From the NCBI GenBank assembly GCA_050084515.1, contig CM114271.1:25110001-25174000 (forward strand): 64,000 bases of DNA, written 5' to 3'. The DNA comes from Blasia pusilla (Eukaryota). Under the pieces are notes generated by a model. That model did not search any database. It worked only from the letters and a program-made list of their open reading frames with translations, and had not been told where the DNA came from. The stretch's first letter is position 1. Every line of letters begins with the position of its first letter. The translations under genes and the position numbers were made by a program. Of this stretch, positions 51,081 to 63,150 are shown one piece after another.

Positions 51081-54000
51081 TGAGTAGATCGATGGTAGCT
51101 TCGATTGTAGATCAGTAGGATCTTGTTAGGGCTGATTGTGTACTCAGCCGTGGATGTTCGCGGCTTGTTGCCTATGTTGGAGGTGTGAATCAGGTGCGTG
51201 GTTGGTTGGGAAAGAAGCGCCTTCTTTGAGAGCTTTCCAACGCTGCTTGTAGATCGCGGATTTCGTCAAGGGAGTTGGAAGTTATCAAGCATTGAAGATT
51301 CTGGTCGTGTTCGACAGTTTTTCTGATGTGGAGAGCTTGGAGTGCGGAAGCTCTGTTGAAGTTCATCCATATCGGGTGAGAGGTTCCTATTGCTACTTGT
51401 ATTGTGATCTCATGTGAAGCTATCTGCTCGAGTGCGTGGAGCGTTGCGGATTTCTGCGTGCATGAAACTTGGCGGAAGCGCTGTCGAATTTGCGGTTCTA
51501 GAGGTGTATGGACAGCAAGTTTGTCTGATTTTTAGCTCGAAATACGGAGCTCGGTTGTAGCTGAGTTTTTGTGGGGAGATAGCTATGGTGGTCAATTGAA
51601 TTCTGATCGAAACACATTTGATTTCGGTCACGTATTTGTGAAGTAATTTTGATCGAAATTTCGCAGACTAGCTCAAGGTCTGGCTATGGTGGACAGCGGA
51701 TCGGAGGGGCTGGTTGGTTGGTGACTCGTTCATTGTTGGAGACGCCTATCCCGTTTGGGGCGCCCTGGTTGGACCTCTCTCCATAGCGAAGCATGGCGAA
51801 GCGTGGCGAACGGGGCATGTCTCGGCGTTTTGAGGCTTCAAGGCAACTCGTGGTAGCTCGGGGCGAGTGGGCGTGAGAGGCGGAGCAAGGAGCAAGGAGC
51901 AAGCAAGCAAGCTTGCTTGCTTGGGCGTGAGGCAATTTTTGCAGGATTTGGGATTTGAGTTTTGCATAAGCTGGTCACCCATCTTTGGGCTAATCGCTGG
52001 AGGGCGCTTAAGCTGCTGAGTTCTTAACTATGCGTGTGTCTGTTGTTGTAGCTCATTTGGTGTTGTTTGGAGATGTGTTAGGCGCTTTATGCATCTCAGG
52101 TTTTTGGTTGATGTACCTCTAGCGCATAGTACGGTGTAGCCTCTCCATGCAGGTGATATTTTCAGGTGCTTTGCGAGTTCGACTAGCACGTCATCGACCC
52201 CGGCGGAGTAGCTATTGCGTTAGAATTGTGTGGTGGGTTTTGTGGATTGAGGGCACCACATTTGGTGAATTGTGTTACCTTGATTTCCATTTGCGATTGG
52301 AGGTTGTCGTTGGACTTCTGTGTTTGGATCCCCTCCATCGTGCTTCTTCTTGCTTGGCGCCCATTGTTAGGGTTGGCTGATTTCGAGTAGTGTTACTCCT
52401 GTGTGCTACCGGTAGTAAGGCTGGAGGGATGACGAGTAGACTGTGGGAGACTTCTTGTGGTGATGACAAGTTAGATTGCCTACACCCATAGCTAGTAGAG
52501 CTAGAATAGTATAGCGACATCGACGTCACTTGGTTATTTGGTGGTGGTAATTTGGCGATGGCGCGGCATCGGCGTTGGTCATCACGGAGCTGTCGGGTGG
52601 TCTGGTTGGGGACCGTGGTGCGGACAGTGGTGGTTTCACACGGAGTGGATTTAGGTATTGGCTACCTTTTCCACGCCGGCGGTTGATGAAGAGGAGGGCG
52701 AGGGTGTTCCAAACACCGAGTCTTCTACGTTGTTATTGAGTGTTGCGGCTCCATTGATTTGGGACATGGGCCGGTGGATATGGGGCCATGAAGGGCCCAC
52801 GGCGATACTCGGGTGCGTGGGCACCATTGAATTGGAGGACTTCATGCAGGAGTTTGATCGTGGTGTGATATGCAGATGTTGCGGGCACGCCACGTTGTTT
52901 ACACCCTTCTTGGCTTGGAAGGGTTGTTTCAAACACTTGGAAGGACCACCCATGGATGATTACCATGAGTTTAGGAAAGACCATGTTCTTTGAGATTTAG
53001 GCGTGGAGACAATATTGGTCTCCAGGCTATGTGTCTATCACCCATGGTGGTATTGGTAGTCTTGCTCTTACTATGCCCGGCCGACCCGGCGTTGAGTGGT
53101 GCAGTGCGAGCCGGAGTGGGGGTACCGGTGGAGGTACTAGTGGAGGTACTAGTGCCCCACCATGGTTTAGCCCGATTCTGAGAGTTCTTCAAGAGGTTGA
53201 AGAAGAACTATCAAGGAGTGAAGACGGAGAAGTTGAGGAATCTTCAGGACTTTGAGCGAAAGGCGGTGAGAGTCTTCGTGAGGCAAACAGCGTATCACGG
53301 CGACGCTTGATTTCAATTACCAGGGTGTGGCGAGGATCAGGCGGTCGATTTTGGTATGGGATCTTGGGCAGAGATTTGCGCCGTAGGGTGCGTGATGCTA
53401 CTCTTATGAGTGATGATTCACCCACATTGACCCATGTGTTTGCTCTATTTGAGAAGATTGAGCTTAACATGGTGAAGGAGAGAGTGGTGACATCCGCATT
53501 GATGAGGGATACAACTACTACTTTCGTGTTTAGCGCCCACCTCACGTCTCGTAGTAGTGGTGGTGGTAGTAGTAGTGGGAGTCGTGGGGTACACGCGACC
53601 TCAGTCAAGTCCTAGAGGACATTTGTGCAGAGACCATTGCCTTCATTTTCTGCCCCACAGCAAGGGCGATCATGTTGGACATGTGGAGGTGATCATGTTA
53701 GGAAGTTTTGTCCCCAAGAGGATGGGAGGCGGACTTTGGAGGATGGGCCTCGATCGGCCCCAACTCGGTGTGATCATTGCGGGAGACTAGGTCATCCTGA
53801 GGCGTTGCTTTGATCTTCATCGAGTTGAGATCAGGGCGTGGCCGTGGTGGAGTAGCTCCGAGAGGCCGAGGTGGTAGAGGTGGTAGGGGTGGTAGAGGTG
53901 GACCGGTGGTTGGAGAGCCTACGGTGGCTACCCCTACCACTACGACAAGTCGCTATGGTGCTAGGATTGGCTTGATTGGAGCATAAGTTGGCTACTATGG

Positions 54001-55384
54001 TGGTATCCGGCATAGATCGGGTTTGGGAACAAGGGCTTCCACCTCTTATGGAGGGATGATCTCTCTTATATGGCGAAAGACGAGGTTGAGGCATCAGCTG
54101 CGATTATGAGAGGAGCCACTCGGCGTTAGAGCCACGTGGTGCTCTTGTGGAGTTGGACCCCAGAGGGATGAGGGGGAGGCGAGGCTAGGCTTCCCAGTCA
54201 TTCTTGTTGTGTGAGGTGCTTAGGACTCCATCCATGGTTCCTCGCAGCCTATTTAGCCGCAGTGGGGACCGAGGCATCTACATCGCGTGTAGTAGACACG
54301 GATGCGACATCAATGCGATGTGCGGATGGCAACCGGTGTTAGGATCCCCATTGTTTTTGGCCACGGAGGCGATGGCTTTAGGAGTTGACTTAGCTCTGTA
54401 TTTGATCAGCGACCACGTTGTGTGAGCGTGGGGTATTCTTGCTGCTACGTGTTGAGGTGGATGAGGGTGTTGCGGTGGAGCGACCCTCTATATCGGGAGT
54501 AGCATTGAGTACCGGTGCTATTTGGCGGCGGCGGCGAAGATGGATGCATTACCGGCCCGCGCCGACCATTGATCGTGAGAGGCTTACACCTGGTGTATGT
54601 ATGTTGGACAACCGGGTGGGATCTTCCGATTGGTGAGTCCTATAGGGCAGTGTATATACCGAGATAGAGTCTTGTTAGACTCGGTGCCCAACCTTTGATG
54701 TTGGGAAAGCGGCATGTATTGGTTTGGGTATTCGGAGGTCGAGCTTGAGCCTTGCCCATTCGATTCAAACATCACTTGGAGGAGCCAATGATAGGTCTCA
54801 ATTCATGACACGGGAGAAGTTTTTATGCAGTTGAGACAGATCATGCGATCGATAGCCCGGTTGGGAGTATCTGCGGTAGTCACATCGGCCGTAAAGTCGT
54901 ATGATGTACTAGTTGGAGGAGCGATTGTACCCGATGGGTTTTGGATGGATTCTTGGGTGAGACAGCGACTTACAGACCTGGTTGGCGGTCCGGGATGGGC
55001 GTATGAGCCAAGTTCTGTGAGATTTATTTCTTGGGCTCGACCGGGGGGTCATCCCCAACAGTGTTAGCATCGTGGCTGGTTTTAGTGGAGTAGTCACTTG
55101 GCTTGGAGACTTTTGGAGGGTAATGTTTTACGCTATGGATTCTCTGCATGAGGAGGTAGAGGAGGTCCCTATTTTTGCAGCAAAGTGGCATCCTCATCGT
55201 TGGATGTGCCACTTTGGAGTTAGCGGTGCACTACGGCGGGAGGCGTCGCCTAGTGCGAGGAGGCTTGGTGTGAGGTGTTATACCTCACGAGGAAGAGGAG
55301 GCCCCACGGCGGACTCCTACTTCAGTCGATTAGGTTATCCCCTTTGGATACTACACCCCTTGTATGGCAAATTATCCGCCGGAG

Positions 55385-56310
55385 GGCATTTGTGTGTTAG
55401 ATCTCTTTGGTGGGATTAGCTTGGTTTGGTTTGGCTGCAATGTTGCGGGCCGGTATTCTGTCTTGCGGAGATACGTGTATGTGGGGCGAGATGAGCGGCC
55501 CGAGAGAGTCTCATCCCGACATATTGGTCGATTGATGCGGAGATATCCTGAGTTGTTGTCGCCATCGGCTATTCGTGGGGTACCAACGTGCTTTACCATC
55601 ACACATTGCATTGTTGGCGCAGGATCTTGAGAGGGTTGGTCTGTGGATTTGGTGATTCTTTGGATGGCCATGTCGAAGTCATACACGTCTTTGGTCGTGG
55701 TGAGGATTACATGACCCTAGGTCTCGATTGTTTTGGGAGATATTACGGGTGTTACAACATCTTGAGTTCATCAAGCACGTGCTCTAGCTAACATTGGAGA
55801 ATGTTCCATTGTTAGGTGACACTCGGACCGGATGATGGCGAGTGTTCATGAGGTGCGGTCTTGGATTGGACCAGCGGTGTTGTTGGATGGCTTGAGTTGG
55901 CTCGCGTGCACATAAATCCACGCTTGTGGTGGACAAACTTGTTGCCTAGGGAGGTTCTACGTCGAGCATATGATGCAGTGCAGCGGGATCCTCGCCTCAC
56001 AGTGGATAGTATCTTGGATATTGGGCGACTTTCTCAAGTGGTGAGGGTTATTGATCGGTCACCCATGGCGGTGGTGAACCGTGTGGGCCGACCTAGGATG
56101 GCACTACCCACATTTGTGAGTTTTCCCGTCACATGCTACGGGGAAGGTGGTCCGGGGCTTGTATGGGATTCTCATGTCGGCGGTTGGTGGAGCCTAACGC
56201 TGATGAGAGAGAGCGTGCGATGGGATTTGCTCTTGGTGTGTGGCGGTTGCTTCTATTTTAGGCTTCGAGGCTTCATGTGAGTCAGGCCATGGACCTGAAT
56301 TGTTTGACTT
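55385..56310 (+). pseudogene. DNMT3-like C5 methyltransferase domain, family A copy 2
   Basis: GICVLDLFGGIS, GWPC (~55662), ENV (55797), PRLWWTNLLP, QAMDL. Confidence 0.88.
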
Positions 56311-56679
56311 GGATTTTGAGTCTTGGTATGGCGGCGGCGTCGACTTTGGACTATGTCTGTGGGTCTTCCACCCCTTGTAATGAGCTTGATGGCTACCGGG
56401 ATGGTAGCGGCATCGGTGGGGCGAGGAGAGAAGTATTTTGCATCCTTGGAGTAAATGGGATGTAATGGTGGGCATGTGGAGTTGGTTGCTCATCTTTGGT
56501 GGAGGAGTTATTTGCTCGGATGATGGTGTAGCTAAGGGTGTACCATCTTGTGAGGGGGTTGCGTAGCGACCAATGGCATCGTCCTCTCCCTCTAGTGTGC
56601 CAATGGAGGAGACTTGAGAGCCATTACTTGGGCCCAAGCTTACGGGGGGAGGTGAGAAGCGGCGCTTGACACAATTCCT

Positions 56680-59600
56680 ACGTGCTTATAGGAGTTGTTT
56701 TGCCTTTAGCATGAAGGAGTTGGGTTCTTTGGTTGGACCCGGTATCACGGATTGATTTGGCTAGTGATCGCCAATCTTCCGTCGTCCCTACCGATATAGT
56801 GATATGGAGAAGGACCTCATTGAGTAGGGCGTTGGACCTTTTGGAGCCTGGATTAGTGGAGTTGTCGCATGGAGAGTATGCATCACCCCTGTCATGCCGG
56901 CTAAAAGGATATGCATGGCAACTACGGATAGGCGGATGTGTGGAGATTACCGTCCTATCAATCGGCAAACCAAGGCGGATAGGTATGCCATGCCTACACT
57001 GAGAGATCTTTGATGTGGTGGGACAGGCAAAGATTTTCAGTACTTTGGATCTTGAGCGAGATACCATCAATTGCCGATTCGGGAGAGTGACAAGGCCAAG
57101 ACAAAGACATTTTGAGGTGTCAACTCTCATGGCAAGGATTGTTTGTACCGGTGGAAATTCTTACCCTTTGGGTTGAAGAATGCACTGCCGAGTTTCAAAG
57201 AGTGATGGATAGGATCCTAGTAGGGTTGGATTTTGTTCGGTGTTACATTGATGATATCTTGGTGTTGATAACACGGTGGAGGAGCATCGGATACATTTGA
57301 AGATGGTGTTTGAGCGGTTGAAAGCTCATGGTCTACGTTTGCATCCAGGAAAGTGTAAGTTCTTCCATGAGGATGTTGAGTACTTGGGTCATGTGATCTA
57401 TCCAGGTGGTTTGGGAGTTCAGCAAGCAAAGGTGGAGGCTATTGCACTTATTCGGCGTCCGGTAGATGTGAGTAGAGTTCAAGCATTCATGGGATTGGCG
57501 AACTACTATCGGAGGTATGTGAAGGGATTTAGTGCTATGGCAAAGCCTTTGAACCAATTGCTGAAATCAGATCAAGAGTGGCACTAGGGAGATGATCAGG
57601 AGAGAGCTTTTGTGGAGCTTAAGGCCCAGTTGTGGCGGCGCCTATCTTGAGGAGACCTATCAGAGGGCGCCCATTTCAGTTACACACTCATTGGAGTAGG
57701 TTCGGACTTGGAGCGGTGTTGACACAACATGATGATGAGCACATGGAGTTTGTGGTGGCCTATGGAAGTCGTTCGAATAATGCAGTGGAGTCGCGCTATA
57801 ATTCATATGAGGGAGAGTGCTTGGCAGTAGTGTGGGATGTGGCACACTTTAGGTGTTACTTGTTTGGCACACAGTTTACCCTTGTTACTGATCACCAGCC
57901 GCTCAAGTGGTTGATGGAGTCGGACAAGTTTACAGGGAAGCTTGCACGGTGGGCTCTTATCTTACAGAGTATGACTTCCAGGTGGTACATAGACACTGGA
58001 GTTGCCAACCTTGATGATGGGTTGAGTAGGAACCCATATACTAGCCAAGAGGATACAAGCGGGGCTAGATGGCATGGCGAGGTTGATGAGGAGATGGTGC
58101 CATGTTGGCATGCATCCGTCTTTTTATGTTGGTTAGGGGTGGACTCTAGTATGGAGGACCACATGATATCTTACTCTAATCAGAGGGTAGATGGCCAGCC
58201 TTCAAATCCTAAGGTTGGAGATGGTGGTACGGATCAGCGTGATATTCATGATGATGCGTTGGTGTTGGAGTTCCTACGGACCAGTAGGGTGCAGGGCATA
58301 GTGAGTGCCAGGAGGCGAGACCGTGTTCTTCAACGTGCTAAGAGGTATCGATTGGAGGGAACACATATTCTCCGCATGTGGGAGGATGGTAGAAACAGTA
58401 GTGCCACATTTGGCTCGAGAGAGGCGCATTGTGCGACATGCCCATGAGGAGTTGGGACATTTTGGGGTAAAGCGTCGTATAACTTACTCCTTGGCGATAT
58501 TGGTGGCGTGGCATGCATACTCAGTGCAGCGATTGGTGTCACGTTGTATGGTTTGTGACCGGGTGAGGGCATCATTTAATGCCCCTACACCACAATTACA
58601 TCCCTTGCCTATTATGGGGTTGGGTTATCGTTGGAGTGTGGACTTTGCGGGACCGTTACCGTTGGTATGCGACATCATCGATATGTGTTGGTGATGGTGG
58701 AGCACTTCTCCAAGTGGATTGAGTTTGTGGCATTACGGACAAGGCAAGTGAGGAACGGCGTATGCATTTCTGGATAGAGTGCTTAGTCATTTTGGTGCAC
58801 CGGTGAAGTCTTGACCGACCGAGTGCGGAGTTTGGGTGAGTTTTCAGGTCTTGTGTGACAAGGCGTTGATTGATCATCGGACCACATCTCGAGATCATCA
58901 GAGGCGGATGGTTTGGGTGGCGTGTGGTTCATACGGTGAAGAGGGCATTGCGCAAGTATGGCCTCTGAAGGGGCATCTTGGAGGCTAGGATATTCGGTTG
59001 CCATGGTTAGCCATGGGGTATAGGTTCGATCGCCAAGCATCCTTGGCTTCCTTCTCACCTTATTTTTTCATTATCGGCCGAGATCGGACTTGCCAAAGAA
59101 GCAATTGCGTCGGGAGTCTAGTGAGGTGGTGAACCTTGATGACCGAGAGATGTGGATGAGGGTGTGTTCTCGGCGGGCGGAGCTCTTTCGGAGAGTTATG
59201 CCAACATCCTTTGAGAATCTTGCCATTGCTCAACACAGGGGATACGTTGCGGTATGCAACCATTCGGGAGTGGAGGTTATCGACCATCGATTAGTAGGTT
59301 CCATGTGGGGACTATGTCTATTTGCAGCAGATTGCCCGACAACGTTGGATGTGACGGCAGCCGTACTATTTTTCTGAGTCGCGAGGTGTTAGCTACGGAG
59401 TTCTCATGTTGGAGGGTCGTGATGGAGTTGTTTGGAAGGACCATGTGCGTAATTGTGCGCCATGTCATCTTCCAAATGTGGATGGTATCTTGTTGACCCA
59501 AGCTTAGCCATGATACGTGCTAGCTTGTGGTGCATGTTGTGTGGTGGGTCTTGTACTGTAACGCGGCCCGTATGTTGGTGTGTGATCGGTGTTCTAGGGG

Positions 59601-59690
59601 TTGGTACATGATGTGTTTGACTCCACGTTTGGATGTTGTTCCTACTGAAAGGTGGGTTTGTCCTCGATGTACTTAGGAGAGGTAGATGAC
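56680..59690 (+). pseudogene. pol: RT, RNase H, integrase (HHCC + DDE) and PHD finger, family A copy 2
   Basis: CYIDDILV, VTDHQPLKWL, HAHEELGHFG...CMVCDR, WSVDFAGP, PHD at ~59530-59672. Confidence 0.9.
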
Positions 59691-60430
59691 TTAATCTTTG
59701 CATGATATGGATTACAGATGTGCGACTAATGATGGGGCAACCTAGCACCCGGCCTTCTCATTCGGGCATCCAAGAAGGTGTATAGCATGTAGTAGATGTA
59801 TAGGGCTACCAGGAGTTAGAGGACCTAACACTTGATTAGGGGGCGAGTTGTGGTACACTTGTGTTTGTGGATACTCTCGTCTATGTTATGTATGTATGTG
59901 AATATGGTATGTCAGCGATGTATGTTGTATGACGATGTGGATTCGCACGACAACTGTCATGACCATACGGATTATGTCGTAGAATATGGTGTGCTAGTAG
60001 AGGCCATTCCTTATGTAGGACCGTAGTGGCTTGGTAGAGATGCGGTTCCATACATAGGGTTGGGGGTTACTCACTTGGGGGTGACTTTCCCAATAGGGCC
60101 CGCTCTTAGGTTGGAGGATATAAGGTGGCTTGCCCTCAAAGAACGATCAGTTCTTTGAGTTGAGCTATGCGTTGGGAGTTAGCCTTGGTAGTGAGTAGAG
60201 CTCTTGGCTATGGTGTTTCCCGCAAGCTTCGACCTAGATTCTCCCATCGTGGAGTGGGTTTGGCTCGATTGTATGTGATTGTAAACGTGTTTTATGACAG
60301 TAGGTCTTTCACGGATTTCAGTTGTGGTACACTTGCGTTTGTGGATACTCTCGTCTATGTTATGTACGTATGTGAGTATGGTATGTCAGCGATGTATGTT
60401 GTATGACGATGTGGATTCGCACGACATCCG

Positions 60431-61340
60431 CCATGTTGTGCTCAATGTTCTTGACGATCCTAAAAACATCTCTCCAAGTAGGGGAGGTGGTCATAAAAAG
60501 CATCCCATTCCGCACCCCTGTCCGCAGGGTCTGGTCCAACATCATGTACCATGACTAGATAGCCTAAGCCTGCGTCACTCCTTGAGTGATGTTGGTCAAC
60601 CGGCGCAAGCAAGTGTAAGTAAGCCTCACGCAAACTCTCACCCGGGCGCCTCTGGAAGTTGTGGATGCTCCGCAACTTTTCCGTCCATATCCCGTGGTAG
60701 CTCGCTCTCAACTCAGCAAAGAACTCAACCACAGGGTTGAACGTGGGACCAACCCGACTAGACGGTGCAATTGCTCCAGTGCGAGTGACCTCTCCTAAAA
60801 TGTCACTAGTGGAAGAGGAAGTAGCCTCTCCTGACTCCTCCTCCTCCTCTTCATCTGGGAACGGCTCCATCCATGACACATAATGTGGGTCATAGTAGAG
60901 CCTCCACGCCTAGATCTCACGTGCACATCTCTGAGAGAGCTCATGGTAATCGTCCATGGGCGCCTCCTCTAAATGCTGGAACATACCGTTCCATGATGTA
61001 AACGGGTTGGACTCTCTAGAGTTCCAAGCCCGTTGTGAGTCACACCAACTCCTAAACTCCCCAATGAAGTCGTATAGCTCTATAGTGCCTACAACACCCG
61101 AAAATCTACACGGTCCTCTATCCCGGTCGTCCATCTCGTACGCCCAATTGGTAGGACCACTCAATATGTACGATGGATCACTAACACACTCCTCTATACG
61201 CTCACTCTCATCTGAAGACGACACAGAAGGAGATCGAGGTGGTCTCTTACGTGGAGACCCTTGAGCTACTCTTAAGTCCACTACCTCGCCTCTCAAAATC
61301 TTGAAAAGACGCCGTGATGGCCCTTGTGCCCCTCTCACAC
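60431..61340 (-). pseudogene. gag: N-terminal Gag of the family-B element
   Basis: GTIELYDFIGEFRSWCD...PMDDYHE and FNPVVEFF...TEKLRS...GESLREAY, homologous to ORF 24917-25831. Confidence 0.85.
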
Positions 61341-62947
61341 GATCACTCTCAATCTCGTGAGTAATCCCTCAATCACTCAAACTAAACATGCGACACTAAA
61401 TCTACACTCTCTCACTGAGACGTGTGTTGTGCAGCAACAAGCAGCGTGGTGCGGCAAATCAACATATCTATCGTCTCATCGACAAACCATCCTCAACTTT
61501 GGACATCTCACACAGATCTCTATCCCCTAAACCCATACATCATCAACACGAAACCCAATATTCCAAATAACTTCCCAATATCCGGAAATCCCTCACACGT
61601 GCAAGGTAAGAGACAAGAATGGGTAACATGACAATAATGTCGATATCGCTCCTTGGAAACTGCAAATCTTGACCGTAACTCGATCATGAAGATAACTCCT
61701 CCAATCAGCAAGTCGTACTCCTCTCGTACCAACGCTGCTCAAACCTCCTAATTGTGTGGTGCGGCTTTAGCGGTCCAGTGCGGCATAGGCAGCACGGAAC
61801 GGCTACAAATGGCACGGCACTCGGGAATGGGGTGCGGCACTCGGCGGCATACCCTCCTCGATCAGCAATTCACACGCTCTACTCCTTAGTGAAGGAGCGG
61901 CTCCGCGATCAAGATGGTGCGGTGCGGCCACGAGCGGCAAGGCACGGCAATCGGCGACGCGTTGTGGCTACGGGCGTCATGACACAGTACTCAATCGTCA
62001 TCGAGCGGCTACCAATCACAACATAGCAGCATTAAATGAAAACTCAAACACCATAACCCGGGGTCACATGCCATCATTGGTTAATGACGAAACAACGATG
62101 GCCAAACCAAAGTACGTGGTGGCGGCGCAAGTCAAAGAATCAACGGTGGTCGTGGAAGACCCTCCACTCCATAATGGCGGCAATGGCAACCAAAGGGTGG
62201 ACAACAGACGAACGCGGCTCGGAGCAGCGCTAGGCGGCGGCCGACGGTGGACGGTGGACCGTTGATGGGGACGGCCGACCGTTGACGGTTATGGTTGACC
62301 GTTGACCATTAACGGTTAACCTTTGACGGTTATGGTTGACCATTGACTATTGACGGCAGACCGATGATGGTGACTATGACGGAGACGGCCGCCGCCGGCG
62401 CGACGGCTGGTTTAGGGTTTGAACAATTTAACCCTAAAAATCACCTAGCAATGGCAATTTTGCAAGATTGACCATAACTTTTATTTTGCAACTCCAAATT
62501 GCACACCGTTTAGCGCACAGTGTGCACAACTTCACGATCTACAAGAGCGTCAAAAAATATTTGGAATCAAACATTCCAATAAAAATTGACGAGGACTGTC
62601 GTAAAGCCAAATGTCTTTTTCTCCTACACATAACTCGATAGCTCTTCCGCGCTGATTTCTCCCAAAAAAAATGTAAAATATGTGAGAACACAAATCAGCA
62701 AGCTACATGGTGCTTCGAGAGCACCAGTATGGGGCGACTTGGCCCCATACTCAATCCCTATCAAAAATTGCACAACGCTTCCGCGTGCCACTCTTCCACA
62801 CGAAAAATGGGCAAATGAAATGTCACAAGTAAGCGGCTCTTGCTCTGGTGAGCACTCCCATGAACCGCTAAACGGGGAATATGATCCCCAACCTGCAAAA
62901 CCAGCGAGCGACCAACGAGCTCCCCCATGAAGCTCTCTCACTCATTC

Positions 62948-63150
62948 ATTCTCTCTTTGTAAAATAAGATCAAATCTCTCTCACAACTCTATAGTTTTCA
63001 CGTGTGTCTCTCAATGTCAAACCAAACCCACTTTCCTAATGAGAAGCTTGGGTTACACACACAAGGCAAGCAAGACCATAGCTCCGTCGCCTCATGTCAA
63101 GAGGTTCAACAAAGAGAGAATAAGCTCTCAAAGTCTCTCCTTGAGATATA
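62948..63150 (-). promoter_or_regulatory. TATA box, predicted transcription start and self-priming PBS of family B
   Basis: Minus strand: TATA at 63150, ATTCTCTCTTTGT at 63121-63109, complementary ACAAAGAGAGAAT at 62960-62948. Confidence 0.68.

Larger units (their letters stand above)
50702..60426 (+). mobile_element. DNMT-carrying Gypsy retrotransposon, family A copy 2, full length, architecture A1-internal-B1-A2-B2
   Basis: TGTCATG...CACGACA with TSD TCTG/TCCG (50698-50701 and 60427-60430). A1 50702-51069, B1 59847-59952, spacer AC, A2 59955-60320, B2 60321-60426. All domains are present but heavily frameshifted. Confidence 0.92.

Noticed and set aside
61627-61633. CATGACA as the 5' end of the minus-strand family-B element
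   Set aside because: Its flank ATAA does not match CTCA. The end at 63459 gives a perfect TSD and restores the host reading frame.
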